DNA of 64,000 nucleotides from Candidatus Fonsibacter sp. (GCA_009693745.1 SHWR01000001.1:476-64475); one strand, 5' to 3'. Counted from the stretch's first letter, positions 1-10,261 are shown. The notes: generated from the letters alone by a model not told the origin. Numbers and translations are program-made.

Positions 1-609
1 AAATCTAATCAAGAGGTATTGAATAAATCTAATTGGATTGTGTTGTCAATTACTCCAAAAGTTGGAAAACAGATATTGAAAAAATTAAAATTCAAGAATA
101 GTCATACAGTTTTAAATTTTATCTCGACTATCCATAATCAAGAATTAAAAAGGATAATATCGCCTGCTAAAAAAATATTTAAAATTGCGCCTCTTCCTAT
201 GATTAAACATAATCTAGGCCCTATTATTATTTATCCAAAAAACAAAGTGATTGAGGGTTTCTTTAATAAACTTGGGAAAGTCATTGCGACAAGTAATGAA
301 AAAGAAAATAAAAAATTATGGGTGATGACTTCATTTATGGCAACGTACTTTGAAATATTTAATACCGCACATAAATGGTTTTTAAGAAAAGGAATTAATA
401 AAAATAAATCGATGGAATATCTAAATCATTTATTTAAAGCACTAAATAATGTAACTATAAAAAATCCAAACTCTTCTATGGATAAAGTGATTAAAGAATT
501 TCAGACTAAGGATGGCATTAATGAAGAGCTTTTAAGTAGAACAAAAAAATCTGGAGTATTTAAAAATTTAAATAAAGGTTTTGATAAAATTTATAACAGA
601 GTAAAATAA
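1..609 (+). CDS. Pyrroline-5-carboxylate reductase-like / NADP oxidoreductase family protein, 5'-truncated by the window edge
   Basis: Frame 1 is open from base 1; the TTG at 19 is only the ORF-caller start. The translation is colinear with the central and C-terminal (dimerisation) parts of ProC. IFKIAPLPMIKH aligns with ProC IIRAMPNTPALV, and QTKDGINEELL sits where ProC has SPGGTT. It is divergent, so the function is uncertain. Confidence 0.45.
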   Translation, partial: KSNQEVLNKSNWIVLSITPKVGKQILKKLKFKNSHTVLNFISTIHNQELKRIISPAKKIFKIAPLPMIKHNLGPIIIYPKNKVIEGFFNKLGKVIATSNEKENKKLWVMTSFMATYFEIFNTAHKWFLRKGINKNKSMEYLNHLFKALNNVTIKNPNSSMDKVIKEFQTKDGINEELLSRTKKSGVFKNLNKGFDKIYNRVK

Positions 610-611
610 TC

Positions 612-1247
612 TTAAGGATATAAAATTTCCTTTATCCAATGAGATCTCAATTTTTTATATCTAAGTCTTTCGTGAATTCTATTATTGCCGTCTAACCAAA
701 ATTCAATCTCATTTGCTTTTAAGGCCCAGCCTGACCAATGAGGAGGTCTTGGAACTTTTTTATAAATTGGAAACTTTATTTTATATTCTTTAATTCTTTT
801 AATTAAATCAAATCTAGATTTCATTGGAGTTGATTGTATGGATGCCCATGCTCCAATTCTGCTACCGTAAGGTCTTGAGTTAAAATACTGATCAGCAATT
901 TTATTTGGAACTTTTTTAATTGAACCATCAATTCTTATTTGTCTTCTTATGCTTTTCCAATGAAAGCACATGGAGGCTTTTGGATTGCTTTTTAATTCAT
1001 TGCTTTTTTTACTTTTTAAATTTGTATAAAAAATAAACTCTTTATTCGTTAATCCTTTTAAAAGAACCATGCGAACCGATGGCTGTTTGTTGCGATTAAC
1101 AGTCGCAAGCGCTAGAGCATTTGGGTCGTTAATTTCTGTTTTTTTAGCTTTTGCCATCCAAGCTTTGAATAGCTCAAATGGATTTTTCTTATTTAAAAAA
1201 CATGAATTGAGTCCAAGTTTGTTCGATTTATATTTTTTTTGATTCAT
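612..1247 (-). CDS. pdxH: Pyridoxamine 5'-phosphate oxidase
   Basis: 211 aa. The C-terminal EIEFWLDGNNRIHERLRY matches the PdxH signature (IEFWQ...RLHDR). SVRMVLLKG fits the FMN-binding split-barrel region. Convergent with the previous gene, with a 2-nt gap. Confidence 0.9.
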   Translation of the reverse strand: MNQKKYKSNKLGLNSCFLNKKNPFELFKAWMAKAKKTEINDPNALALATVNRNKQPSVRMVLLKGLTNKEFIFYTNLKSKKSNELKSNPKASMCFHWKSIRRQIRIDGSIKKVPNKIADQYFNSRPYGSRIGAWASIQSTPMKSRFDLIKRIKEYKIKFPIYKKVPRPPHWSGWALKANEIEFWLDGNNRIHERLRYKKLRSHWIKEILYP

Positions 1248-1280
1248 AAATAACTAAAAATACCCTATAAAATATATTTA

Positions 1281-2366
1281 ATGTCATTTAATACTTTTGG
1301 AAAGCTATTTAGGTTCACTACTTGGGGAGAATCCCATGGTCCTGCAATTGGCTGTGTGGTTGATGGTTGTCCCCCAAATATTGATATTTCTGAAAAAGAT
1401 GTTCAAATTGAATTAAATAAAAGAAGACCAGGTCAGTCAAAATTTGTAACTCAAAGAAAAGAAAAAGATCAGGTGCAAATATTGTCTGGCGTATTTCAAG
1501 GGAAAACTACTGGGACACCCATATCAATGATCATCTTTAACGAAGACACCAAGTCTAGAGATTATGAAAGTATAAAAGATAAATTTAGACCAGGACATGC
1601 TGATTTTACTTACTTTATGAAGTATGGAAACCGTGATTTTAGAGGTGGTGGAAGACAATCCGCTAGAGAAACTGCCTCACGAGTTGCAGCAGGTGCTATT
1701 GCTAAAACTGTTTTAAATAAATTACTTGGAAAAAAATTCTCAATTATTGGAGGAGTTATTCAAATTGGTCCATTAATGATTGATCATAGTCTTTGGAGTG
1801 ATAAAGAAATTAGAAAAAATCCTTTCTTTTGTCCTGACAAAGAAACTGTTCCTGTATGGGAACAATACTTGTTAGATATCAGAAAAGCTGGAAGTTCATG
1901 TGGTGCAATTATTGAACTTAGAGCAAGGGGAGTTCCTGTTGGACTAGGCGCTCCTATTTACTCAAAATTAGATCAAGATATTGCTGCAGGGCTTATGAGT
2001 ATCAATGCAGTCAAAGGTGTAAACATTGGTGCTGGGATGAATGCTGCAAGTTTAACAGGAGAAACAAATTCCGATGAGATAAAATCTAAAGGTGGAAAAG
2101 CAAAATTTTTATCTAATAAAGCAGGTGGAATTTTAGGTGGAATTTCAACTGGTCAAGAAATTGTTGCATCATTTGCAGTTAAGCCTACATCGTCAATTTT
2201 AAATACTCGTGACACCATTGATACAAAAGGAAGAAATACTAAAATTTCTGTTCGTGGCAGACATGACCCTTGCGTTGGTATTCGGGCTGTTCCAATTGGA
2301 GAAGCCATGCTTGCATGTATTCTGCTAGATCATTTAATGATGCACCGAGCACAATGCGGTAACTAA
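1281..2366 (+). CDS. aroC: Chorismate synthase
   Basis: 361 aa. [38 protein letters not shown] and RGRHDPCVG are chorismate synthase signatures. Confidence 0.95.
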   Translation: MSFNTFGKLFRFTTWGESHGPAIGCVVDGCPPNIDISEKDVQIELNKRRPGQSKFVTQRKEKDQVQILSGVFQGKTTGTPISMIIFNEDTKSRDYESIKDKFRPGHADFTYFMKYGNRDFRGGGRQSARETASRVAAGAIAKTVLNKLLGKKFSIIGGVIQIGPLMIDHSLWSDKEIRKNPFFCPDKETVPVWEQYLLDIRKAGSSCGAIIELRARGVPVGLGAPIYSKLDQDIAAGLMSINAVKGVNIGAGMNAASLTGETNSDEIKSKGGKAKFLSNKAGGILGGISTGQEIVASFAVKPTSSILNTRDTIDTKGRNTKISVRGRHDPCVGIRAVPIGEAMLACILLDHLMMHRAQCGN

Positions 2367-2369
2367 TTT

Positions 2370-3107
2370 GTGATTCCACTAAAAGACGATAATATTACAC
2401 TCTCAACTCCAATACTTAGTTACGCAATAATAGGTATTTGTGTAGTAGTTTTTTTAATACAAATAAGTTCTCCTGGTTTTGATAATGGAAATTTATTTTA
2501 TTCTTATGGAGTAGTTCCAACTTCACTTCTTGGTACTCAAGCTTTACCAAATGATATAAATAAAATTGATCCTTATCTAACTTTGATTACTTCAATGTTT
2601 ATGCATGGAGGTTTTATGCATTTAATAGGAAATATGCTTTATATGTGGATATTTGCTGACAATATTGAAGATGATCTTGGAAAAGTAAAATTTATTTTAT
2701 TTTATTTAGCATCAGGTGTGGCGGCTGCAATGACTCAAGTTTACTTAAATGTAAATTCAACTATCCCAATGGTTGGAGCCAGTGGCGCAATTAGTGGTGT
2801 GCTAGGCGCTTATATGATCAGATACCCAAGAAATAAGGTTTTAGTATTAATACCTCTTGGATTCTTTTCTCAAATTATAAAAATTCCAGCAGTTTTTGTG
2901 TTGGGATTCTGGTTTATTTTACAATTTATAAGCTCAAGCGGAAGCTCTGGTCAAGGTGGAGTAGCTTATGGAGCACATATAGGAGGATTTATATTTGGTG
3001 CAGCTGTGATGTTTTTCTTTGGTAATTTTTTAATTCCTCAAAAAGCATTCTTTAAATCTCTTAATGAAAAAGATAATAGTAAAAAAAATCCTTGGACACA
3101 GGACTGA
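2370..3107 (+). CDS. Rhomboid family intramembrane serine protease
   Basis: 245 aa with multiple TM segments. Contains FMHGGFMHLIGNM, the catalytic GASGAISGV (GxSG) and catalytic-His HIGGFIFG motifs. GTG start 3 nt after the aroC stop. Confidence 0.85.
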   Translation: MIPLKDDNITLSTPILSYAIIGICVVVFLIQISSPGFDNGNLFYSYGVVPTSLLGTQALPNDINKIDPYLTLITSMFMHGGFMHLIGNMLYMWIFADNIEDDLGKVKFILFYLASGVAAAMTQVYLNVNSTIPMVGASGAISGVLGAYMIRYPRNKVLVLIPLGFFSQIIKIPAVFVLGFWFILQFISSSGSSGQGGVAYGAHIGGFIFGAAVMFFFGNFLIPQKAFFKSLNEKDNSKKNPWTQD

Positions 3108-3162
3108 GTTACCCACATAAAATAACAGCAAAATCAGTCGAATGTTCTTGTTTTGATTCCCT

Positions 3163-3196
3163 TTTGATTCCATTTTGAATCAAATTTTCTACTTTT
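3163..3196 (+). terminator. Weak AT-rich hairpin plus T-rich tail downstream of the rhomboid gene (possible intrinsic terminator)
   Basis: TTTGATTC (3163-3170) pairs with GAATCAAA (3177-3184) around a 6-nt loop, followed by TTTTCTACTTTT. Only 2 G:C pairs, so it is thermodynamically weak. Confidence 0.3.
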
Positions 3197-3219
3197 AAGA
3201 GTGTATGTGTATACTTTAA

Positions 3220-3963
3220 TTAAATCGTCATTCCGCCATCTAATGGGTAAACAACTCCAGTAGAAAACGCCGATTCATCACTTGCTAAATATGCAGCAAG
3301 AGCTGCTACTTCTTCTGGTTTTCCTAACCTTCCCATTGGCTGTCTTTCAATAAAATCTTTTCTCGCCTTTTCAGGATCCTTAAATGCATTTACTCTATCT
3401 TCCCAAGAAGGAGTATGAACGGTTCCAGGTGCAATAGCATTACATCTAATATTGTATTTTAAAAAATCTACAGCAATTGATTTTGTAAGACCCACCACAG
3501 CAGCTTTGGTTGCTCCGTATACAAATCTATCTTTCACGCCTTTAACACTCGATACAACAGAGGCCATGTTAATTATTACTCCTGATTTTTGGTTTATCAT
3601 TTTAGGAATAATATTTTTGATCATTAAATACATTGATCTAACGTTTACATTAAATGAAAAATCCCAGTCTTTTTCTTCACACTCTAGTATTGTTCCATTG
3701 TGTACAAAACCAACACAGTTAAAAAGAATATCAACTTTAGAAATAGTTTCTGCAAATTTTTTAACGTCAAAAGAATTAGTTGAGTCTAAAGTGTAAGTTT
3801 TAATTTCAGGATACTCTTTTGTGAGTTCTTCCAGTTTATGAGTTCTATTAATATCTGTCGCAATAACATTTGCACCTTCTTTAAGGAAACGAATAGCAGT
3901 TTCTTTTCCTATTCCCTGTCCTGCTGCTGTAATTATTACGCTTTTATTTTCTAATCTTTTCAT
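3220..3963 (-). CDS. Short-chain dehydrogenase/reductase (classical SDR, 3-hydroxybutyrate dehydrogenase type 2-like)
   Basis: 247 aa. Has the TAAGQGIGKE cofactor motif (TGxxxGxG), NMASV, the catalytic YGATKAAV (YxxxK) and the PG motif IAPGTV. Confidence 0.85.
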   Translation of the reverse strand: MKRLENKSVIITAAGQGIGKETAIRFLKEGANVIATDINRTHKLEELTKEYPEIKTYTLDSTNSFDVKKFAETISKVDILFNCVGFVHNGTILECEEKDWDFSFNVNVRSMYLMIKNIIPKMINQKSGVIINMASVVSSVKGVKDRFVYGATKAAVVGLTKSIAVDFLKYNIRCNAIAPGTVHTPSWEDRVNAFKDPEKARKDFIERQPMGRLGKPEEVAALAAYLASDESAFSTGVVYPLDGGMTI

Positions 3964-4003
3964 CTAAGTTATATTTTGTATTAAAAATTTTTTATAAAAT
4001 TAA

Positions 4004-4792
4004 ATGTTAAATATCACAGATCCAGCTAAGGCAAGAAAAATTATTAGAGCCGATAAATACGATAAACAAACTGCAGGTATTGCTGGAAAATATGTACAAG
4101 GAAACATTTGTATATTACCTAGCAAGTACGCTCTTGATTTTGCAGCATTCTGTCAAAAAAACCCAAAACCTTGTCCGCTTATTGGTTTTGGAATTAAAGG
4201 TGATCCTCATTTAAAAGATTTGGGAAATATAGACATCAGAACAGATGTTCCAAAATATAGAATTTGGCAAAATGGAAAAATAATAGATGAACCCAAAAAT
4301 ATAAAAAAATATTGGAATGATGATTTGGTAACGTTCGTTCTAGGATGTTCCATGTCATTTGAACTGCCATTAATGGATGCTGGAATTGAAATGCAGCATA
4401 TAAAAAATAATACAACAGTTCCAATGTATAAAACAAATATTGATTGTGAACCTGCGGGACCTTTTAAAGGAAAATTAGTTGTATCAATGAGACCTTTGAA
4501 TGCAGAAGATACTATTAAGGCAATTCAAATTTCTTCTCGATTTCCAGCGGTCCATGGAGCACCCGTTCATCTTGGTGATCCTTCTCAAATTGGAATAAAA
4601 GACATTATGAAGCCAGAATATGGAGACGCACCAAGAATTATTAAAAATAACGAAATTCCGGTGTTTTGGGCTTGTGGAGTAACACCTCAGTCTGTTGTTG
4701 AAAATTGTAAACCTGATTTTTGTATAACTCACAAACCAGGTGCAATGTTAATTACCGATAAATTAAATAGTAACCTTGCTGCGATCAATTAA
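4004..4792 (+). CDS. Putative hydro-lyase, D-glutamate cyclase family (DUF1445/UPF0317)
   Basis: 262 aa. The N-terminal pattern R..IR......T.G.A.G.VQ.N..ILP...A.DF..FC..NPKPCPL and the C-terminal HGAPVH.GDP...GI are what I recognise from the UPF0317 family. The 3' end overlaps livF convergently by 4 bp. Confidence 0.75.
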   Translation: MLNITDPAKARKIIRADKYDKQTAGIAGKYVQGNICILPSKYALDFAAFCQKNPKPCPLIGFGIKGDPHLKDLGNIDIRTDVPKYRIWQNGKIIDEPKNIKKYWNDDLVTFVLGCSMSFELPLMDAGIEMQHIKNNTTVPMYKTNIDCEPAGPFKGKLVVSMRPLNAEDTIKAIQISSRFPAVHGAPVHLGDPSQIGIKDIMKPEYGDAPRIIKNNEIPVFWACGVTPQSVVENCKPDFCITHKPGAMLITDKLNSNLAAIN

Positions 4793-5496
4793 GATCCTAA
4801 AAAAACTCTTTTAACTTCTTTGCTGTCTATTAAATCTTTAGAGGCTCCATCAATTACTAACCTTCCGCTTTCAAGAACATAACCGCGATTTGCCATACTT
4901 AAAGCAAGTCTAACATTTTGTTCAACGAATAAAATTGCAATTCCACGTTCTGTAATTTTTTTAAATATTAATTTTAAATCCTCAATCACTAGAGGAGCAA
5001 GTCCTAGGAAAGGTTCATCCACCATTAATAATTTTGGCATCCCCATTAATCCTCTACCGATTGCAAGCATTTGTTGCTCGCCACCTGACATTGTGTTTGC
5101 AATTTGACTTGAGCGATCTTTTAATTTTGGAAAAAAACTATAAATATCCTGTAAAGATTTATCTCTCTCTGCCTTAGCTTTTTCATGATAAGCGCCTAAT
5201 AATAAATTCTGCAAAACTGTTAAATAAGGAAATACTCTTCTTCTCTCGAGAACATGCGAAATGCCTACACCAACCCTTTGATAAGTTTCAAACTTATGAA
5301 TTGAAATATTATTAAAATTGATTTCGCCATTTTTAATTTTAATTAAACCGCTAATACTATTAAGAACGGTACTTTTTCCAGATCCATTTGGACCAAGCAA
5401 AGCTACAATTTCTCCTTCTTTAACGTTTAAAGAAATATTCCAGATTACTTGGTAATTATCGTAAGCAACGTCTATATTTTTTATATTAAGCAGCAT
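4789..5496 (-). CDS. livF: Branched-chain/hydrophobic amino acid ABC transporter, ATP-binding protein (LivF type)
   Basis: 235 aa. Walker A GPNGSGKST, ABC signature MSGGEQQML, Walker B LLMVDEP. Overlaps the livG 3' end by 11 bp. Confidence 0.85.
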   Translation of the reverse strand: MLLNIKNIDVAYDNYQVIWNISLNVKEGEIVALLGPNGSGKSTVLNSISGLIKIKNGEINFNNISIHKFETYQRVGVGISHVLERRRVFPYLTVLQNLLLGAYHEKAKAERDKSLQDIYSFFPKLKDRSSQIANTMSGGEQQMLAIGRGLMGMPKLLMVDEPFLGLAPLVIEDLKLIFKKITERGIAILFVEQNVRLALSMANRGYVLESGRLVIDGASKDLIDSKEVKRVFLGS

Positions 5497-6211
5497 CGAT
5501 TGTTCCTAGGTAAGCGTCTATCACTTGGGAGTTTTGACTAATATTTTTTGGAATATCAAAAGCAATTCTTTTTCCTTGGTTTAGTGCAAGAATTCTATCT
5601 GAAATATCCATAATAATTTTCATATTATGTTCAATAGTTACAACAGTAATTCCATTCTTTTTCAGTTTTAAAACTAGCTCCACAAGACCTGGGATTGTCC
5701 TTTGATCAACTCCACCTGTTACTTCGTCCATAAGTAATAATTTTGGATCTGTTGCTAAAGCTCTTGCGAGCTCTAATCTTTTACGTTGTCCAGTCGAAAG
5801 CTCTTTTGCATAGTGATGTCTTTTTTCAATTAGATCTACGAAATCAATAATTTCTAAAGCTTTATCACGAGCCACTTTTAAATTTTTCTCTTTTGCTAGT
5901 GCACCAACGATAACATTTTCCAATAATGTCTGCTCAGCAAATGGTTTCAACTTCTGAAAGGTTCTACCAACTCCCATTCTGCAAATTAAATCAGGTCTGA
6001 CATTTGTAATATTTTTTTCTCGTAACGTAACTTGACCTCGATCTGATTTAGTAAAGCCAGTGATCAGATCAAATAATGTTGACTTTCCAGCGCCATTTGG
6101 ACCAATAACTCCTAGAATTTCACCCTCTTTAACATCAAAAGAAATATCACTGTTTGCATGAATGCCACCAAATGATCTGCTTAAATTTTCAACTTTTAAT
6201 AAAATACTCAT
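5486..6211 (-). CDS. livG: Branched-chain/hydrophobic amino acid ABC transporter, ATP-binding protein (LivG type)
   Basis: 241 aa. Walker [10 protein letters not shown], signature [15 protein letters not shown], Walker B LLLMDEV. ATGA overlap with livM. Confidence 0.85.
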   Translation of the reverse strand: MSILLKVENLSRSFGGIHANSDISFDVKEGEILGVIGPNGAGKSTLFDLITGFTKSDRGQVTLREKNITNVRPDLICRMGVGRTFQKLKPFAEQTLLENVIVGALAKEKNLKVARDKALEIIDFVDLIEKRHHYAKELSTGQRKRLELARALATDPKLLLMDEVTGGVDQRTIPGLVELVLKLKKNGITVVTIEHNMKIIMDISDRILALNQGKRIAFDIPKNISQNSQVIDAYLGTIDAA

Positions 6212-7233
6212 TTTGCTTTTTCTCTTTCTCTAAAAGATCTTGGAATAAGAGAAACAATCCCAGCAGGTCTAAAGATGCAAATAATAATAATTAAAACTCC
6301 ATAAACAATTAAATCGATTGAACGTCCTGTTCCACCAAAATAAATTCTGGAAAATTCTGATATTGGAATTAAAATTGCCGAACCAATAATTGGCCCCCAA
6401 ATATTTCCAACTCCTCCCATCACTGAGATTAATAAAACTAAAATTGATATATCAACATTGAATGCATTATTAGGATCGACAATTAAGACATACTGAGCAT
6501 AAATGCTCCCCATTGGCGCCATGATCATTGCGGAAATAACAAATGCAATAATTTTATATTTTGATACGTGAATGCCAAGGCTTGAAGCTGCATCTGATTG
6601 ATCACGAATGGCTCTAAGTCGATATCCAAGTTTAGATCTATTTAATAACCATACTAAAAAGAATGAACCAACAAAGAAAATTAAAGAAATATAATAATAA
6701 GCTACTTTGCTCTTATGAAATTGCATTGAAGTCCAAGGACTATCTCTATTAATTGGTATCCATAACCCTGATGACGAACCAACCTCAGGCCATCTTTGAA
6801 AAACAACTTGAAAACTTATACCAATTAATAAAGTTGCAATTGCAAAGTAATGTCCTTTTAATCTTAAAATTGGAATTCCAATTAACATTGCAACAAATCC
6901 TGAAATTCCAATTCCAGCTAAAATCCCGATCCAAGGAGTAATATGAAGTTTTACATAAAAATATGCAGACGCATAAGCGCCAATTCCAAAAAATATCGCA
7001 TGACCTAAACTAATTTGACCTGAGAAACCAGCAAGCACATTCCATGACTGTGCCATCACTGCATGCATAAAAATCATCATCATCAAATGAATTGCAAACT
7101 TAGATGGCGAAGTGAAAGGAAATAAAAATAAACTTAAAATAACAACCCCAATAATTATAAGAGAATTTTTATTAAAATACCAAAGTGGTTCATTCTTTGC
7201 CTCTAATAATCTAGGTGAAATATTATTATTCAT
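6208..7233 (-). CDS. livM: Branched-chain amino acid ABC transporter permease (LivM type)
   Basis: Polytopic membrane protein of the LivM family. I place the start at the ATG at 7233 rather than the ORF-track TTG at 7248. That ATG is preceded by GGAGG (complement of 7241-7245) and lies just after the livH stop. Confidence 0.85.
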   Translation of the reverse strand: MNNNISPRLLEAKNEPLWYFNKNSLIIIGVVILSLFLFPFTSPSKFAIHLMMMIFMHAVMAQSWNVLAGFSGQISLGHAIFFGIGAYASAYFYVKLHITPWIGILAGIGISGFVAMLIGIPILRLKGHYFAIATLLIGISFQVVFQRWPEVGSSSGLWIPINRDSPWTSMQFHKSKVAYYYISLIFFVGSFFLVWLLNRSKLGYRLRAIRDQSDAASSLGIHVSKYKIIAFVISAMIMAPMGSIYAQYVLIVDPNNAFNVDISILVLLISVMGGVGNIWGPIIGSAILIPISEFSRIYFGGTGRSIDLIVYGVLIIIICIFRPAGIVSLIPRSFREREKAK

Positions 7234-7234
7234 C

Positions 7235-8101
7235 TTAGTACCTCCCAAAGATTCCTTGTGGTCTCACAATGACTACAAATAAATAAACTGCAAAAACATA
7301 AAGTAATTTAAATGATGGATCGATTAATAATCCGCCAACAGATTCAACAATTCCAATAATAATTCCTGCAATTAAACTTCCAGTAATACTTCCGAATCCT
7401 CCAAGGGCAACAGCTACAAATGCAAATAAAGAAAAATTCACTCCTACATCTGGAAATACATAATAGAAATTTGAAAGCATTGAACCTGCAACCGCAACAC
7501 AACTAAGTCCAATAGCCCATCCTAATGCAAACATTTTATTTGAAGGAATTCCTAAAATTTCAGCAGCTTGTCTGTCTTGTGAAGTTGCTTGTAATGCTGT
7601 TCCTGCTTCAGTTCTTGTGACAAAAAAATAAAGTAAAATAAATGCAATAAGACAAACTAAGCTTGCATAGAGTTGTGGTTTACCAATAAAAATTCCTAAT
7701 ATCTCAAACTTACCTTGAATAATTGGATTTTTAATTGTTCTAAAGTCTGGAGTAAAAAGTAATTGTGCTAGAGCGCGTAAAACAACAGCAAGACCAAACG
7801 TTGCACAAATTTGTACCAACATTGTTGAGTTTAAAATTTTTCGAATAATAAAATAATGTGTAGCCACTCCAATTGCAGCCATAAGCAAAATAGTAAGTGG
7901 AATTGAAAAAATCGGATCAATACCAAATAACATCCAAAACCAAAAAGCCGAGAACATAGAGATCATTAAATGATCACCATGCGCAAAATTTACAATTTCC
8001 ATGAGACCAAAAATTAAACTTAACCCTGCAGCAATTAATGCGTAGATCAAACCCATGAGAATTCCGCTAATAAGTGCCTGTATAATAACTTGTGAAGTCA
8101 T
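7235..8101 (-). CDS. livH: Branched-chain amino acid ABC transporter permease (LivH type)
   Basis: 288 aa polytopic protein. The N-terminal QALISGILMGLIYALIAAGLSLIFGLMEIVNFAHGD is typical of LivH. Confidence 0.85.
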   Translation of the reverse strand: MTSQVIIQALISGILMGLIYALIAAGLSLIFGLMEIVNFAHGDHLMISMFSAFWFWMLFGIDPIFSIPLTILLMAAIGVATHYFIIRKILNSTMLVQICATFGLAVVLRALAQLLFTPDFRTIKNPIIQGKFEILGIFIGKPQLYASLVCLIAFILLYFFVTRTEAGTALQATSQDRQAAEILGIPSNKMFALGWAIGLSCVAVAGSMLSNFYYVFPDVGVNFSLFAFVAVALGGFGSITGSLIAGIIIGIVESVGGLLIDPSFKLLYVFAVYLFVVIVRPQGIFGRY

Positions 8102-8163
8102 TGTTATTTTATTTACAATATTTAAAATTGAAGTTAATCTATTTAAAAAAATAACGGAGATCT

Positions 8164-9432
8164 ATGAAAAAAAACCTAATATGTTTCGTAGCTGCCATTT
8201 CTCTTTCTCTTAACTCATTTGCCGTTGCGCAACAAAAAGTTAATGAAGTAGTTATCGGTGTTCTACAACCACTAACAGGTCCAGTTGCACAGATTGGTCT
8301 TGATTCAATTGCAGCTCTTAAAACAGCTGTGCAAATTGTTAATGAAAAAACTGATCTTGATATGCCTTTTGCAAAAACAGAAGGTCTGCCTGGATTAAAA
8401 GGGGCTAAAATTAGATTGGTAATTGCAGATCACCAAGGAAAACCAGAAATTGGTCAAGGTGAAGCTGAAAGATTAATCAATAATGAAAAAGTTCACGCTT
8501 TATTTGGAGCATACTTTTCAGCAGTAACAGCAACATCAAGTTTAGTTGCTGATAGAGCTGGAATTCCATACGTAAACGGAGCTTCAACTGCGCCAAACCT
8601 TACAGAGCGTGGTTTAAAATATTTCTTTAGAGTAACTCCCCATGATGGTGAATTCACTCAAGTAATGTACGATTTTATGGCGGACTTACAAAAGAAAAAG
8701 AATATTAAATTATCAAACATAAGTATTCTGCACGAAGATTCTCTTTGGGGAACGGATAGCGGAACTACTCAAGAAAAACTAGCAAAAGAAAAGAGCTATA
8801 AAGTTTTAGATAAAATCGCTTACAATTCAAAAGCAACATCTTTAACTTCAGAAGTTCAAAAACTAAAAGCGTCTAACGCTGACGTTTTGCTTCCGTCTTC
8901 TTATACATCTGATGCTTTTCTTTTCTTAAAAACAGCTAAAGAATTGGATTATAATCCAAAACTTTTAATTGCACAAAATGCTGGTTACGTAGATCCAACA
9001 TTTTTGTCTACAATGGGTAAAGATGCTGAAGGTGTAATTACAAGATCGCCTTTCAACTTTGACCTTGCTAAAAAAGTTCCTAACCTTGCTAAGGTGAATG
9101 AACTATTTAAAAAGAATTCAGGTGGAAGAGATCTATCTGATGTTCCAGCAAGAGAATTTACAGCATTTATGGTTCTTATAGATGCAATCAACAGAGCTGG
9201 TTCAACAGATCCTGAAAAGATTCGTGTAGCTTTAACGCAAACTAATATTCCTGCTAAAAATTTAATTATTCCTTACAAAGGAGTGAAGTTTTCAGCAAAT
9301 GGACATAATGAGTTGCAAAGAGGAATTTTAATGCAAGTGCAAAATGGACAATATTGTACAATTTATCCATTTGAATTCGCAGCTTGTGAAGTGAAATACC
9401 CTATGCCAACTTGGGCACAAAAAAATAAGTAA
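8164..9432 (+). CDS. ABC transporter periplasmic substrate-binding protein (LivJ/K-like type I PBP, ligand unknown)
   Basis: 422 aa. Signal peptide MKKNLICFVAAISLSLNSFAVAQQ, then the IGVLQPLTGPVAQIG pattern typical of Leu/Ile/Val-binding-protein-family receptors. GGAG sits 5 nt upstream of the ATG. Divergent from livHMGF. Confidence 0.8.
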   Translation: MKKNLICFVAAISLSLNSFAVAQQKVNEVVIGVLQPLTGPVAQIGLDSIAALKTAVQIVNEKTDLDMPFAKTEGLPGLKGAKIRLVIADHQGKPEIGQGEAERLINNEKVHALFGAYFSAVTATSSLVADRAGIPYVNGASTAPNLTERGLKYFFRVTPHDGEFTQVMYDFMADLQKKKNIKLSNISILHEDSLWGTDSGTTQEKLAKEKSYKVLDKIAYNSKATSLTSEVQKLKASNADVLLPSSYTSDAFLFLKTAKELDYNPKLLIAQNAGYVDPTFLSTMGKDAEGVITRSPFNFDLAKKVPNLAKVNELFKKNSGGRDLSDVPAREFTAFMVLIDAINRAGSTDPEKIRVALTQTNIPAKNLIIPYKGVKFSANGHNELQRGILMQVQNGQYCTIYPFEFAACEVKYPMPTWAQKNK

Positions 9433-9450
9433 TTATTTTTGAGAAATTAA

Positions 9451-9483
9451 GGGGCGGTTTTAATTAACCGTCCCTTTTTTTTT
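9451..9483 (+). terminator. Rho-independent terminator after the substrate-binding protein gene
   Basis: GGGGCGGTT (9451-9459) pairs with AACCGTCCC (9466-9474): 9 bp including one G:T, with a 6-nt loop, followed by T9 (9475-9483). This is the only clean GC-rich terminator I see in the window. Confidence 0.7.
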
Positions 9484-9487
9484 GCGA

Positions 9488-10261
9488 TTAATTAATTTTT
9501 TTTAATTTATCTAAAGATTTTAATAAAAAACCATTTTTAATTAGAACTTCTCTTAAGTATTGGGCGTTCTCTACTGCAGTTTTTTCATCTCCATGAACGC
9601 AAATTGAATCAATATCACATGGAATTTTTTTTCCAGAATAACAATTTAAAGCCTGATCTTCTAACATTCTAAGAACATGTTTAGCAGATTCTTCTCTGCC
9701 TAAGATCATTGCGTTAGGTTTTGATCTTGAAACAAGATAACCATTGTCTTCATAATTTCTATCTGCAAATACTTCACAAGCAATTCTCAATTTTAAATCA
9801 CGACCTGCTTTTTCCATTTCAGTTTGTGCGTGCGCTAGAAAAATTATATTTGGATCAAATTGTTTAATGGCTTTTGCTATAGTGAAAGACAATTCATAAC
9901 TCTCACAGGCCATATTACTCAAGGCGCCATGTGGTTTTACATGAGTTACTTTCATTTTTAATTTATCTGCAACTTTGCTTAAAATTTCACATTGATCGAT
10001 GACAAGTTTAGTAACTTCCTCTGGTGAAATATTTATTCTTTTTCTTCCAAAATTGTCTCTATCTAAATAAGAAGGATGAGATCCAATGCTAACTCCATTA
10101 TCTTTGGATATACGAATTGTTTTCTCCATCGTTTCTTGATCACCCGCATGGTAACCACAAGCAATATTTGCAGAATTTACTATTTTTAATAAAGCAGGAT
10201 CATTTTCAGTAGAATGAAACTTTGAACTTTCGCCAAGATCACTATTAATATTTACTTCCAT
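9488..10261 (-). CDS. pxpA: 5-oxoprolinase subunit A (LamB/YcsF family)
   Basis: 257 aa. Has the N-terminal INSDLGES motif and the ACGYHAGD and HVKPHGAL motifs characteristic of PxpA. Confidence 0.85.
   Translation of the reverse strand: MEVNINSDLGESSKFHSTENDPALLKIVNSANIACGYHAGDQETMEKTIRISKDNGVSIGSHPSYLDRDNFGRKRINISPEEVTKLVIDQCEILSKVADKLKMKVTHVKPHGALSNMACESYELSFTIAKAIKQFDPNIIFLAHAQTEMEKAGRDLKLRIACEVFADRNYEDNGYLVSRSKPNAMILGREESAKHVLRMLEDQALNCYSGKKIPCDIDSICVHGDEKTAVENAQYLREVLIKNGFLLKSLDKLKKIN

Noticed and set aside
3151-3171. A tandem direct repeat TTTTGATTCC x2 (3151-3160 and 3162-3171), checked as a possible repeat array, CRISPR-like element or iteron.
   Set aside because: There are only two 10-nt copies. 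The second copy is part of the hairpin described as a weak terminator, and there are no further copies in the window.
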